A stretch of DNA of 64,000 bases from Gnetum montanum (Eukaryota > Plantae > Gnetophyta). This document shows, in pieces, positions 1 to 14,410 of this stretch. The position numbers were made by a program, and so were the translations under genes. How positions within the stretch are numbered: the stretch's first letter is position 1; each line of letters opens with the position of its first letter. The stretch is taken from positions 126,190-190,189 of the forward strand of contig MNCI01001559.1 in the NCBI GenBank assembly GCA_015680685.1, written 5' to 3'. Below the pieces are notes generated by a model. The model was given only the letters and a program-made list of their open reading frames with translations, made no database searches and was not told the DNA's origin.

Positions 1-52
1 ATGCTACGCTTGTTTCGTATGGTTGAGTGTAGGGGTACCTCACCACTCATCA
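1..52 (+). mobile_element. 3' terminus of an LTR of the TGATG...CATCA family (same family as 14411-28454), truncated by the window start
   Basis: Reverse complement of the LTR terminus at 14411/27655 (tgatgagtggtgaggtacccctacactcaaccatac). It ends in CATCA with no PBS after it, so it is a 3' or solo LTR inserted in the protease region of the Tat element. Confidence 0.85.
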
Positions 53-3000
53 CTTGGGAAGACCATAGAACACCAATCTTGATCCTCTAGATGCCATGAA
101 ATCAATTTTTCTTGGTACCCATGCTAGTCAGCGTTGCTCCAGCATGGGTGGTAGTTCTGAGCATCAATGGGGGTTTCAAGAGGTTGAAATTGATGCCAAA
201 AATAACCTATTTGCTTCTCTAGTCAACTATGCTAATCATACAAGTCATCAGGAGTCAAAAATTACTCAAATTCAATGTGGAAAACCACCTAACTATCCCA
301 TTCACGCTGGGGATCACTCCACCCATGCTAACCAACATGGGTCCAGTTTGGATGCCTAGAGAAACCTAACTCTTAACCCAAAATAGCCCTAAAATAGCCT
401 CCATGAATGTCCAAACTCTCTTTTCAATCATGTAGCCTTCGACCATGGACCACTAAGGCCTAAAACTAGCAAAATCTAACCCTTTTGACCAAAATTAATC
501 ATGTTTTATCACATGTATTCCACTTTGACAAATTTGACCTTGTTTCATGGTGTTTTGACCTATTTTAACCTTCACCACCCTCAGTTGACCTCATTTGGTG
601 TCTACATCACTTCAGTTTCTACATAGCTACCTTTTTTCTCTATTAAAACCTCTAATGACCTTTGTTTAGCCTTTGATTAGTGTTAGATGATGAAGTTTGA
701 CCATCCTTGACCATCATTTAACACCATGTAATTATGGCTTGCCAAGGCCTTACACTAGCAACATGATCCACTAAGGCCTAAAACTAGTAAAATGTAATGT
801 TAGTTAACCGTGTTTGGTCTTACTTTTCCTACTTTTATTATGATTCAACTTGTTTTGATCTTGTTTCGCCTTTTTTGGCCTTTGTCCCACCTTATTTATC
901 TTTACATACCTCTTATAGCCTTGGTTGACCTTGTTTGACATTGAAATAACATGTGTTTGCATATTTACTAAGGTATTTTATATCATTTTTGCATTATTTA
1001 CTCATTTTTACCTAAGTGCCACTTAATGTGCTTATGGTTGACATGCAAGACTAAAGTATGAGTACCTGGGAGCAAATCAGTTTACCATTGAGTCTAAATG
1101 GGCCCCACGCTGATGTTGAATGATGCATTGATCCTAATTGCCTAGATCTTGAGTCTGAGAGTCTTATCTATCACATAGCTTCTATAGAGAAACCTTTAGA
1201 ATGTCCTGAAAACCTAGTCAATACCCTTAACCTAGAAGCTAGTGACATTATCAAAGACTCTCTAGCTAAGGTTCCTATCACAACATACAATGGTAAGGAG
1301 AAAACCCTAAAACTAAATTCCTCACCAGGACCTTAGTAGGTTCAAGACATCACCAAGGTCCTACAAGATAATATTAAGGTCTTTGCCTGGTCATATGAAG
1401 ATATGTCAAGTCTAGACCCATGCTTAGTATAACATAACATCATACTTGATCCTAGCATTAGACTAGTTAAGTAAAAATTTTGGAAGATTAGACCTTATTT
1501 GGCCTTGACAATTCATGATGAAATCACAAAACTATACCAAGTAGGTTTCATTAGAGCTATTGATTACACAAAATAGGTGTCCAACATAGTGGTAGCCCCT
1601 AAAAAAATGGGAGTATACATATTTGCATAAATTTTCGAAACCTAAATAAGGAAACTATCAAAGATGATTTTCCTCCATCTTCTATTAATCAACTTATTGA
1701 TACTACGATTGGACATGCCTTATTATCCGATTGGACATGCCTTATTATCCTTTATGGATGGATTTTTGAGATACAACTAGATTAGGATCAATCCAGAACA
1801 TCAACTTAGTATGACCTTCATGACCCCTTGGGGTACCTTTTGTTACACTATGATGCCCTTTGGCCTAAAGAACGCAAGAGCAACCTACCAAAGAGTTATG
1901 ACGTATATCTTTAGTGACTATATGCTAGGTTTGCTTAACGATTACATAAACAATATAGCCATTAAGTCCAAAGTGGTTGATGATCATGTGCATGACCTTG
2001 ATTATGTGCTTAAACAATGCCTCAAGTATAAGTTTAGGCTTAATCCTAAAAAGTGTATCTTTGGCATTAAGACTAGTAAGATGCTTAGCTTTGTAGTATC
2101 GAAAGTCGGAATATCTATTGATCTTGATAAGGTTAAGGTCATATCAAACTTGGCAGCACCAACCAACCTTAAGAAGCTTCAAGAATTGCAAGGTATATTA
2201 TAATTTATCCATAGGTTTATCACTAGGGTTACAAATAAGTTACAACCAATGCAACACTTGCTCAAGAAAGGAGTTCACTATGAGCGGATGGCTCAATGTA
2301 AAGAAGCCTTTGAAAATCTTAAATAAGAGTTGGAACAACAACTGACAATCTATCCTCCACAAGAGGATAAATTTTTTGCATCTACCTTACTATTTCTAAC
2401 ATGTCTACTACCTATCTACTCCATCAAAAACAAGATGATGAAGTAGAGTTACTCATATACTATGTAAGTCATGCATTAGTTGCCCATGAGACCCAATACA
2501 TCGAAGTAGCAAAGTATTGTCTAGTACTAGTCTTCTCATAGAAGAAGTGGAGACAAACTCTTTAGGAGCCAAGTCAATGTCATTTTCAAAGACAACATGC
2601 TTAGATTCATAATGACCAATATCTACAAAAGTAGCCATATAGCCCATTAAAAAGCCATAATAGCGACGTTTGACCTTCATTAAATTTCTCAAGCATTAAC
2701 GAAAGGTTAAACTATAGCCGCATAACTTATTGTTTCACTGGTAGAAGACCATGCAACCAAAGACCCTAAATTTCTAGATGAACATATCATCATTGTTACC
2801 CAAGTGCCTGAGGGCTATGAGGTAGTCATGCACTTTGATGGAGCTTCAATTGCCCATGGGACTAGTGCTACTATAACGTTCCCATTTGGTAAAATCTGAT
2901 CCTTCACTTATCATTTTGAATTTCCATGTACCAACAACATGGCGTCGTATGAGGGTTTGATCAAGGGAATGATGGTAGCTCATGACCTAGGAATCAATAG

Positions 3001-4538
3001 CTTAATGATCAAAGATGATTCACAACTTGTGGTTAACCAAGTAACTAAGGTTTATGCATGTAAAGCCAAACATTTATAACCTTACTATGACCTAGGAAAG
3101 AAATTACTACAAAAATTTACTAACATTGATATCCAACATGTATCCTAAATTGAGAATACCATAGCTAATGCCATTACAACATTAGCCCTCAATGTGATGC
3201 CAGATGTGTTTAGCAAGTTGTCCATCTTGATCATGAATTGTGTTATTTCCATCACACAGGGCACTAAGAATACCTTTGTAGCCGTAGTGCATAGTACCCT
3301 TGCAAAGGAGTGGTACAACAATATCAAGTTTTATCTTATGCATGATGAACCTTCACAAGGCCTAACTATCATCCAAAAGAACGTTGTACGTAAACAATCA
3401 AAGCAGTATGTCATCATAGGCAATAATACATTATGTCAATGGTCCTACAATGGCATATTGTTTATTGTGCTTGGGTAAAACTAAAGCCTACATAGTCCTA
3501 GAGAAGGTTCATGAGGGTGTATTTGGGAAACATATAGAACCTAGATCCATGGCCACAAAGATCAAGTGGATAGGCTATTATTGGCCCTATATGAAAAGTG
3601 ACTGCCTATAGAATGTTAAAACTTAGAACACATGCCAATGGCATAGTAATCTTATACATGTACTACCAACTGAGTTACATACCACTCAAATAACTTGGTC
3701 ATTATAATGCTGGGGGTTGGATATCATTAGAGCCATACCACCTAAGTCTTCCGTAGGGCATAACTTTATCATCACTGCAACATAATACTTTAGAAAGTGG
3801 GTTAAAGATATTTCCCTAAGGAAAATAACATCTTAACAAGTTTGTAGATTTATACTCGATAACATAGTAGCCCATTTCTACATACCTATGACCATAGTCA
3901 CAAATAATGGTCCAAAATTTAGTAGCCAAGAAATGAAAAACTTTTGTCATGACCTAGGCATTAAGCATTCCTTCTCATCACCATACTATTCTCAAGCCAA
4001 TGGGCAAGCTAAAGTAAGCAATAAGGCCATCATAAATTTTCTCAAGAAGATGTTGAACAACAGCAAATGCAAGTGGCATGAGTGGCTTGTCCATGTGGTT
4101 TGGGCCTATTGAACTGCAATAGGTGTAACCTCATATAGCCTAGTTTATGGTTCTAAAGCTATTTTACCCCTTGAATTACAAGTGTCATCACTCCAAGTAG
4201 CCTTATTAGACTTCATCAATGATGAATAGAAGGAGTTGCACACCATGGACCTACACTCATTGGAGGAGCAATGGGTGTGAATGATTGCTCACGTCAAGTG
4301 ATACAAGGAGAGGCAGAAATAATAACACCACCATAACCTAAACAAGTGTAAGATCAAGGAAGAAGACTTGGTCCTCAAAGCTATCCGTGAGCATGCAGAT
4401 AAATTCTCAACCAACTTGTAAGAATCTTTCTTTATCACTAAGGCCTATGACAATCAAGCCTTCAAGATAGTGGACATGGATGGGAATGAGATGCTAAATC
4501 CAATTAATCATTCCTATCTAAAGCCCTACAACATGTAG
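53..4538 (+). pseudogene. Decayed pol of a Ty3/gypsy Tat/Ogre-type LTR retrotransposon (PR end, RT, RNase H, additional RNase H, integrase)
   Basis: LGRP* (LGRPW) at 54-68. RT motifs FMDG..YNQI, MPFGLKNA.ATYQR, YINNI (decayed YIDDI), LNPKKCIFG. Second RNase H MHFDGAS...CTNN..YEGL...DDSQLVVNQ. Integrase WGLDII, TIVTNNGPKF, YYSQANGQA. Many stops and frameshifts. Confidence 0.9.
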
Positions 4539-5151
4539 CCAATGAATACCAAAAATTAACATCAGCAACCTATGACAAGTGAGCCTACATGACCTCTTTT
4601 GGCACAACAAATGAACTATCAAACTTTGTAACATATGTGACATATGGTACCTTGGTTTCTTGAAAATTTTATATGGACTATGCATTATCATGTAACAACA
4701 TGTTTTCTTTGTCTTGTTTCTTATTCTCTTGGAGTTTTGTTTACATGATGAAGCCTAGAGTCATCATGAAGGTGCAACTCATCACAATAGCAAGTCATCA
4801 TGTGACCTCAATGCACAAGGTTCAGTGAGTTTTTCCTATCATTCCAAGAGTGCTAATTCACCTCATTCCCATTACCTCTACTTGAATCCAACCCCGTAGC
4901 CTATTTATAACCTTCCTAACCCTTAAGCAGTAATGATGACCAATGTCTAACACTCATGCATTGTGGCCATTTGACATCCCTTCATTATGCTCCATTCACA
5001 AGTCCATTGAGTGTAACACATTTCATTCGATGGGAAAACCCATGAATCAACTGGATGTAGCACATCTAATTTAGTAGGAAAACCAAATCAATCCAGGCCT
5101 TGGCAAAGAAATTGAATGAAAGTTTCACCCCAAAAAAAATGGGGAGCAAAT

Positions 5152-7078
5152 TACCAAGAAGCCAAAAAGGCCAACAAAGATCAAAAGATGAATTAACAAC
5201 TTCAAAAATTCAAAGGGATGAGCCTAATGGTCAAAGAAACATTAGGGTGAGGTGTTGGGTCCTTAAACATGTTGCTAAGTGACGAACACTTCAAAACATG
5301 AAGTGTGAAGACCTATTGGTTGATCAACATGCTAATGCCACACTGCACCCATGATGTCAACATTTGGAATTCATTATTAAACCTTAAGACCATTTTGTTA
5401 TGCCCAAATACTATCTTTACCCTTTGTTCACTCATCATAACCTTATCCCATCATCACAAGCACTCTTTGGCATGGTTCGACACTACTGAATCAAGCATGG
5501 AGAGGGAATATTGGTGATGGACCTATAATGGTGTTTCATATTCTTTGTCAATGCCTCTCAGGTCAATCCTCAAGACACCAACAAAGAAGGGTCAATGAAA
5601 AACCACCAAGAAAACTCATGTTGTAATGTTTTGACATTGTAACCCTCACCCCATGAAACCTAAGGCTAAAATTTCATTATAAAATGTAAAGATTGTAGTC
5701 CAAGAGATACAATTTCACATAATTTTGCTTTTGAGGCTAAAAAAATTCCTCATAAGTGGTCAAAGCCTCAATCCCCAAGTGAAAAATGTCATATTATGCC
5801 TATATTTGGGCTTGGAGGGGTTAAAATGCCTTTTAGACTACCAAAATTGGAATTTTGATAGGTTTTTTAAGGGGTATAACTTTTTCTACGTTGGAAACAC
5901 CTATGGGGGTGTGACATCACCTATGCCCAGCATTGGGGGGTACAACTCCTACACCCCCAGTGTTGCACCTTCCCCCCTAGCATTGCTCCTAGATGGCACC
6001 AGCACTTTAGCATTATTCTAGCCTTAGAGTTGATACTGCAATCCCAACATGGCTGTTATACCCTAGCATGGGTGATATATCCCAATGTGCTTTCTACAGG
6101 CCCAACATTGCTATTGGAAGCCCCAATGTGGGTGGAAGAAGCCAACATGGGTAAAATTCCCATTTACTATTTCCAGCAAAAAATTATTTTGAGGGCATGG
6201 GGGGTATCAAAACTTATCATTCATACAAACCATGTTAGATTTAGACACCTGCAACACCTATACGTAGTAGCAATCTATCAACAATTAGATAAAAATTTGC
6301 ACCAAAATTAATGGCCTTGAAAACCTATATAAACCAAGCTCCAACACCATGAAGGGATTCCACGAATTTCAAAATTCCACTCCTTTGGCATTTAAGATCT
6401 TTGAGAATTCACTGCAAGCACAAAGCTTTTGAGAGCAAATTCCATCTTGAAACCCATAGCCATTGTAATCACTATTATACCCCAAAGATTGTGTGTGGTT
6501 CTAAAGCAACATTAAAGCAACTAGGGCATTGAGACTCCTAGTGTGGCTCTTTTTTGCAACCCAAAACCCCCATGTATTATCTCCCCTGCACAACCAACAC
6601 TGCAAATCTACTGAAGAAAGCAACAAGGTTTGATAATCTTAGGAGTTGTGGAGCCTCTAGATCATGGAGCAAACTATGACATCCAAGGCCACAGGTTTCA
6701 ATAGAATCCAAACCCCCAATGAAGTGGACCCCTTTGCTTCCTCAGGCACACTTGTACATACCATAAACTCCCTTTATTTCATTATAATAAAGTTTATAGT
6801 TCCATTTGTTATGTAAGCTATAGCATATTTGTTTCTTCTATTCTGTCCATTTATTTTTAGATGTGCATTAAATTTGTACTTTGTTACCCTCGTTAACACT
6901 CTATAAGTCCCTAGGTAATTGGAAAGACCATCTAGGACACCTTGGATCTTATTTTTTCAAAGGCCCTTGGGGTCTGATGTTAAAGCTATCTCAGCTGGGA
7001 TCTTTAATTTTTCCAATACCAAAGTTTCCAGTCACTACAAAGCCAAAAAATACATACAAATATAGGGAAACCTTGACA
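5152..7078 (+). mobile_element. Putative 3' LTR of the Tat/Ogre-type element
   Basis: Preceded by a purine tract (aaaaaaatggggagcaaa, ~5133-5150). Termini taccaag/cttgaca form an imperfect inverted pair. CTATATAAA at ~6325. An unrelated integrase frame starts right after 7078. No partner LTR in the window. Confidence 0.55.
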
Positions 7079-7748
7079 AAATCTATACTAAAAACTAGGT
7101 ATAATGGTGCATACTTGAGGAGAACTAGTTAAGAGTTCTCTAAGAGGCACATGAATGATCATGTGATGATCATTGTGCAGGAAAGAATACTACTATCAAA
7201 GTCATCATGGCCTATCACTTCTAGCAAACTTTCTTAGGAGATGTGCATCAATTTGCCAAGTCCTATAAGCACTATCAAAGAGATGGTGGGGTATCAACAT
7301 GCTTTGAAAGACCATAGAAATGGATACAATTGCTAGAGCATTTTGATCTGTGATTAATTAACTTCATCAATCCTATCATTTCTTCTTTGAATAGCAACTT
7401 CTACATTATTATGTCCATGGATTATTATACAAATTAACTTGAACCAATTGTGGTAATTAATTACACTACAATAACTACTGCTAAATTCTTTCAGTGGCAC
7501 ATGGTAAATAGGTTTAAGGTGCCTCATGCACTTATACTGAACAACAAGACTTATTTTACTAGCATAACTTTAAAAAAAATTAATGCAATGCTTAGGGGTA
7601 GAGGATAAATTGATTACACCATGCCAACCCTATGCCAATGGATAAGCTAAATTCAAAAACCAAGAGATAACTTGAATACTAACATGAACAATTAGTAAGT
7701 ATAAGAAGAAATTAAGCACCAAACTTAATGATGCTCTATGGACATATA

Positions 7749-10700
7749 TGTAACACCTCTTCTCTAGACATCCCTTACCCCTTGGTATGTTTATGTTTTA
7801 AAACTTCAATGTCTTGTTTGCTAATCTATGTCTATGTTTATCATACTTTTATTATATTGACCATACTTTATGAGCTATGTACCTAGTTATGTCCTTTTTA
7901 TTGACCTTTTATTTTTAATATATTATAATATTTATTTTACCTTTTGTTTCTTTTAGTTCTATTAAATTAATACTTTCTTTATGTGATGGTACTTTTTTAT
8001 TATTTTACATTTTTATATTTTATTACTTTTAGATATTTTTAATTATCTTTTAATTTGGCACATGTGCAATAACCCCTTGTATTGGAGTTGTAAGTTAACA
8101 GGTGTTAAGCACTAGATCTGTCATTAGCACATGAGGTCCTCTTTGGTTTGGTATGATGTGTTTAGATAATTTATACTTTATGGTAAATTATATTTTAAAT
8201 TTTTTATTTTAAATTTTAAAGCTTTTTTAGCTTATACTTTAGAAGGTCTTAAGTTAGCTTTCCGTTAGCTATGCTTTTAGACATTAGACCTTGTTACTGG
8301 ATTTAGCTTAGACATAGCTATCACCTTGGAATTAAAGTTGGTTATTAACTTGCTCATAGGAGATGCTCCTAAGATTAGCACAAACTATAATCCATGTGAG
8401 GAAAATGGATTTAAGATATTTTTGTATTCATAATTTCTTTTTAATTTTAGTCTTCCACATGAAAGCTCCTCTTCTAGCACTATCAATCACAACTAGAATA
8501 TAAACTTGATCTTGATTTCATGAGATGACATCCTTTTTACATTACTTTGCTAACATTTGGAAGATTGAGCCAAAGAAGGAGATTTTGTTAGATTGACTAC
8601 GAGCTAGCTAGATCGAGATCTATAGCAAGTTAGATCTACATTATAAACAAGCTCTCAAGTAAGCCATATATCCATATCTTAGTTCAGATCTTGCATAGAA
8701 TCCACTGTTAACCTAAAATCTTACCTAGAATTTAACACATGCTTGGGAGATCAAAGCCATGCAAGGACCTTTCTACAGTGGTGTCAATTTTAGGTAGAAT
8801 AATTTGGAGTTTTTTGTCCTTTGGATTTTGGTAATTCTATTTAGTGTGCATTGCTTGCCCTATTCTGTTTGTTTAGCAACTATTTGCCAATTTGCCTAAT
8901 TTTTCATATTTGAATATTATATTATTATTTTCTACATTTTACGAATTTTTGATATTTTATATCATGTATGGAATGTTAGTCAATGTTTTGACCATGTTTT
9001 AACGAGTTTGACCAATTTTTACCTTTGTTCCAAATTTTTCCAATAATTACATCATAGCACTTGGTTTTCTAACTATTTTCTACATCCCCCCTAAGATAAC
9101 TCCAAATAATGGCAACTCAAAAGGGAAAGTTGTTCATCATATTGGCACAAACCTTAAGGATAACTTATCGACACATCTTAACTTGGTCACAATTTCACGA
9201 TGGAGGTTTTGATGAACATCTCACATCATTTTTTACATTTGGCATGAAAATCCAAGCAACTTTTATAAAGCAACATCTAACTTATAGGAAACAAAAAATT
9301 GAGAAAACACCCAAAAACATCATTTTTAGGTCTTCTTAAATGCTTGAAAATAGTAATTGTAAGAGCCTAGAATAGCCCTAGATAGGTTAGTTTCCCTTTC
9401 TATAATATTTTAATAATTTCTATAATCCTTGCTAAACTAGCTTTTGAGCATTAGACTCATTTTGACACCTTAGAGCTTAGTTTTGTACCAATCCTTAACC
9501 CTATTGACTTACATCTATAAATTGAATAATGTAAGACTAGGGCTCACCATACACTTAACTCATGTGGATTTTAGATTCACCTATATTTATTAGAATTTTT
9601 GGATCATTAGATAGTTACGTTTGTTTCCCAATCACATAGGGATCTCTAGTTGATTATTAGATGCTTGATGTTTGGATGTTGGATTGCAATACAATTTGAC
9701 CAACCGTTCTATATATGGAATTCAATTTTAGCAATTATATATGGGTTTCACACACATCAATTATTGTATATGGGATTTAGTATCATCAATTTATATGTGG
9801 GATTTAGTCTCACCCATCAATTATATATGTGTTTCAAACTCATAAAGTATACAATACATGCAGGTTGTAGACTCAACATCATTAATCTTTAGATCTATAC
9901 ATTGTTTGGGTTATGGATGGTGGAGAAATTCTCAATTATAACTATTTATTAACTTGATATTATTATTATAAATATTGGTTTAGTTTGATATTTTTTTGGA
10001 TTGGCTAACATTTGTTTATAACTACCAGTGTGCATGATTATCTAGCTACCTAATGCCTCCAACCAAACCCATAAGGAAGTAGTTCTATTACTTAATTTAG
10101 CCTACTTAGTCTTAAGACCAATTCTCTTAGTTTTATGTGATGTTTTAGATGATTATATTAATGGTAACAAGAAGAAAGTAGAGAATGAAGATGTTAATTA
10201 ATAATTATATTCTAGTGATTAGTGCATTGGATTTATGATTTTAGTTAGTTCTCTTTCTATGCTATAATGTTAAGCTAAAGTTGTAAATTCAAAGAATGTT
10301 GGATTTTAAATTAATTTTTATCTATTTATGTGTAATCCATTTCTATTTGAATTTAGTTATATTATATTCTTATTTAGATTTATTGAAGCTATGTAGTTAT
10401 ATTACATTAGAGCCTAATGCCTTTGGATAGTTCTTTATGTTTAATGTTCAATTTCACCATATATATGTTTCCTAGATTATAGCTTTGCTTCTATTTTACT
10501 AGTTTAACTATGATTATTATTATTATCTTGGGTATTAGGATGTGTTCTATTTTTACTAGTGAGTAGCTTAGGTTTGGTACACAAGGACTATTGTCACTAT
10601 TTTTGGAAACATTTTACATTTTGCTACATTTTTTTGTCCCTTTGCATCTATATTTTTCCATGAATGTATACTACCTTGCCTATTCATTTTCTTTGCATCC

Positions 10701-10794
10701 TTACAGATTTACTTATTTAGCATTGTACATTTCTACATATTTTATATTTTAAGTAATGCCTTAATAGCCTAAGCTTGGTTAGTGGGGTGTTACA
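7749..10794. mobile_element. ~3-kb solo LTR (TGTAACACC...GGTGTTACA)
   Basis: Inverted termini and TATA on both sides. Removing the element plus one TATA restores the integrase frame tgg aca tat agg tca. No coding capacity inside. Confidence 0.75.
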
Positions 10795-11164
10795 TATAGG
10801 TCAACATAGAAACTTCCAATTGGTTACTCTCCATATGAGCTAGTGTATGGGAAACTACCTAAACTGCCTATCTAGATTAAACTATGTACACTCAACATTG
10901 CCTATGACATGAACTTTGACCTTACTTTACCACAATGAGAGAGATTGATAAACCTAAACATACTAAGAAAAAATACAATGATAATATTTATGCATAATAA
11001 ATTTCACAAAGCCTACAACAAGATGAGGAATGACCTAAAAAATTAGATACCTAGATATAAAACTAGGTGATAAGGTTCTCTACTATAACCCAAATCATGT
11101 ACCTTAATGTACCAAGTTTCAAATGCTTTGGGAATGACCATACATAATTCATGTGGTTTATAGG

Positions 11165-11640
11165 TGATGGGACACGATATCGCATGGGCCACAGTAGACA
11201 GTAGGGAAACTCTGGCAGATTGATCACTCCAGAGATAGAATATTTTCTATGTGCCCACAGTAGGAGTCCTAAAGTGAACGGATCTTTATTCGAGCAACAT
11301 TGTACCTGAACACAAGTTGTGTACGACAATAAAGATGAACTTCCTAGATAAACCTTGCAGTGCATGGAATAGGATTTTATTTAATGTTATTTATTGCTTT
11401 CTCTCTCACCCTTATTTCCTAGTAATGCGGAATGAGTACGACTTGATTACGAGAATTTAAGGATGTGCACAGATGCTCATCACACTTAGGCTAGATTAGA
11501 TTCTCTTACCCTCTCCTCCTAGTTAAGTGCCTCAGTATGACCACTTCAAGCACGTGCATTACGCGTGGTAATCCCAGCAACGATTAGCGTTTGGTAGCCA
11601 CAGTTGCATCGATTCAGGGTGTGTACGGTAANACTCATCA
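11165..11640 (+). mobile_element. Solo (or gap-collapsed) LTR of the TGATG...CATCA family
   Basis: Inverted homology to LTRs 15756-16600 and 22109-22792. TSD ATAGG at 11160-11164 and 11641-11645. An N at 11632 marks where ~300 bp of LTR are missing. Confidence 0.85.
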
Positions 11641-14410
11641 ATAGGTGTGATACCTTGAAGATCTACCATCCTCCAAATCCACAAAATCTTATCATTGGAA
11701 ATAGTCAACAAATAAAGCCATTCTATAAACCAAGTGAGATCCATACCTTAAACACTTCTAACCATGCTGCTATGAGATCCAACTTCTATATCTTTCCTTT
11801 GAAAATCAATCATGGATGAGATATTTTTAAATGAGTGAATGTAATTTAAAATCTTTTTGTTTTCCAATTTCTTTTAAGTTTATAATTTCTTTATATGTTT
11901 GTTGACCTTTTGGTATGTCAAAAAATTAAGAAACATGAAGAACAAGGTTGTTTGTGTGGTTGTTGTATTTGTAGCCCAAGAAGTTGCATTTGGACAAAAG
12001 GAGAGCTCAAGGACATCTAGAAGAAAGCAAGCAAAAATTAAAAAAGCATGGGCAAGGACTTCATAGAGCTCTGGCAAGAACAATATTATGAATAAGGATT
12101 TCAAGAACATGGATAAGGAATGAAGGTTTCAAAGTGGAGAGGAAACTTAAGAAAGAGGTCTCTAAGAAACATTAGATGTCTTGGCCAATAATTATGTACC
12201 AGTTATGTTCTAAATTTATAATAATAAGTATTTTGACATGTCAAATCCACTTGTACACATCCAAAATGTCTGCCAATAATTATCATCTAAACCATCACAA
12301 GCCAAGGTTATATCAACAATGTAATATGGTTCTATCATCAATGGAAAACCATCATAAGAAGGAAAATAGGTACAAGAAGGCAAGCTACTTATTACAATTG
12401 ATGAAATCAAGAATAATTCCTCTACTTTGAGAGACCAATTGAAAACAAAGCTTGACTAAGCAATAATAGATTTAGATTTTGAAATCGGTAAGAGATCTGC
12501 CAAGCACAACCATGAACAAAAGGTAAGAGAGAGTAAGAGAAATTAATCCAGTTAATACCAAGAGGACTAGCATTGCCAAGTATTTACAAGCACACAAGGT
12601 AGGATTTAGAAAATTTCAAAAATAACAAATTAATAGTTTATTTTCTAAAAATCAGATAACATATATTCACAAAATGGATCTAATGATCAACCAATAGATT
12701 AAAGTCACCAAGAGAATACTAGAATAAGCCATATGTCCAAGAATGGATTCCAAGATAAAATAAGAAAATAATTGGAATAAATCCCAAACATCTATTAACT
12801 TCTCATAACCATAGTCTTACTTTATTTCAAAATTATAGAATAAAATAATATATGAAAATATAAATTAAATATAAATAAAGTATCATTAGTGGACCACCAC
12901 CATCCTTTTAGCATGTCCACACTTAGGAGCAACATGAGTTAATAGAAATAATTACAAAATAAACCCAAATAAAAATTAAATATAATATAATATAAAAATA
13001 CCAAAATATCACATGTAAGAAAAGGGTTAAGTGTTCAAATCTTAAGATGGATAATAATTAAGAGGCCTCAAGCTCAAATAGGTATTAACGTACATTAACA
13101 AGATACAATGCAACATTAAACAAGAAGATGTAACATAAATCTTAAGGAACAAGCATAATTATAGATAATAAAGCAAGGTTTCGATGCTCTAGAGTACTAG
13201 GATATTGCATGTGTTGTTTACAAGAGGTGGAAAATCCACATTGTAAGAAGCAAACATGATTGATTAATGCATGTGTGTCTTATAATATTGCATATTCTTG
13301 GAAAGATAAATCTTTGAAATTTTATACACTAGTTATATATCATATAGTTTCCTAAACTATTAGCACCATTCCCAATAATGATGTTAAATGATGAGTGGTA
13401 AGTATGTTCAATGTTTTACCATATGATCTACAAGTGTTGCATTAAACTATGTTGCAATCCATAAATGGTACTAATGTTATCATTTAGGAAGCTAGTTGAT
13501 AATTAAAAATTGTTGTCTTTTCACTAGGACTAGTAGTAGCTCTATTGCATATGGATTAGTTCAAGGTGAACTATATGATCATGATGTTGTTTATTGAACT
13601 CACATATCCACTACTGGGATTACCAAGTGTCATGCCATTAGGTGAACCAAGTAATAATGTTGTTGGGATTACCAAGAAGATTTGTCTTTACACTTGAACC
13701 TAGTCATGTTTATTTTGCTAAGTTACTATCATGCATGAAAAAGTAAATCATTAAGCTAAATTGCAATAAAATTAAATGTATTCTAAGTCAGAGTCTTGCA
13801 ATGACATAGAAGTAATCTTAATCTTTGTTATGCCCAATAGATCCTAAGGATCTCCAGACATAATAAAAAATATTTTAGTTTTAGTTTTATTATGGATCAT
13901 GGGATATGTTTAAGTACATCCCACTTAAATAAAGACTATATAATTAATTCACAACTATGCTATGGGTACTCATTGATTACTACTAGGAATCAAAAAATAA
14001 AACTACAACAGTCTAGTTACCTACTAAATTAATAGTGTCATAAATTTGATAGGTGGGTAGTATTTATAGGCATTTATGGTGATTGTGTTATTGTATCTGG
14101 GATCATTTGGAAGCCTATAATATCACATTTTCAATATCGCATATATCACAACTAGCAAACCTATATTATTTAATGTTTGTCAAGGGACAAGGATAATAAT
14201 TCTTAGGTACATAATGATAGAATAACATGAAGATGCATTGGATAGACTATTGTAAATTAGATAAACAATTGAAACTCTTTTCAACATTTCTAATAATGTC
14301 ACCACCTTGTAGTTTGAGTAATTGATCTTGAAGGAAAGTTGACATTCTTTGAAACTCAATGATAGTAGGTTGATTTAGATGCATAGAAGCTACAAGATGA
14401 AATTACCTAG

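Larger units (their letters stand above)
7079..11760 (+). pseudogene. Ty3/gypsy (Athila-like) integrase remnant split by two solo-LTR insertions
   Basis: Zinc-finger remnant EAHE.SCDDHCAGKNT..KV...YQRDG at ~7150-7290. ALWTYRST.KLPIGYSPYELVYGKLPKLPI is rejoined across 7748/10795. A GPY/F-like motif lies at ~11110-11160 and continues after 11640. Confidence 0.8.

Noticed and set aside
11800-14410. AT-rich decayed repeat with weak coding remnants
   Set aside because: Probably old retroelement sequence, but no diagnostic motif or boundary could be assigned.
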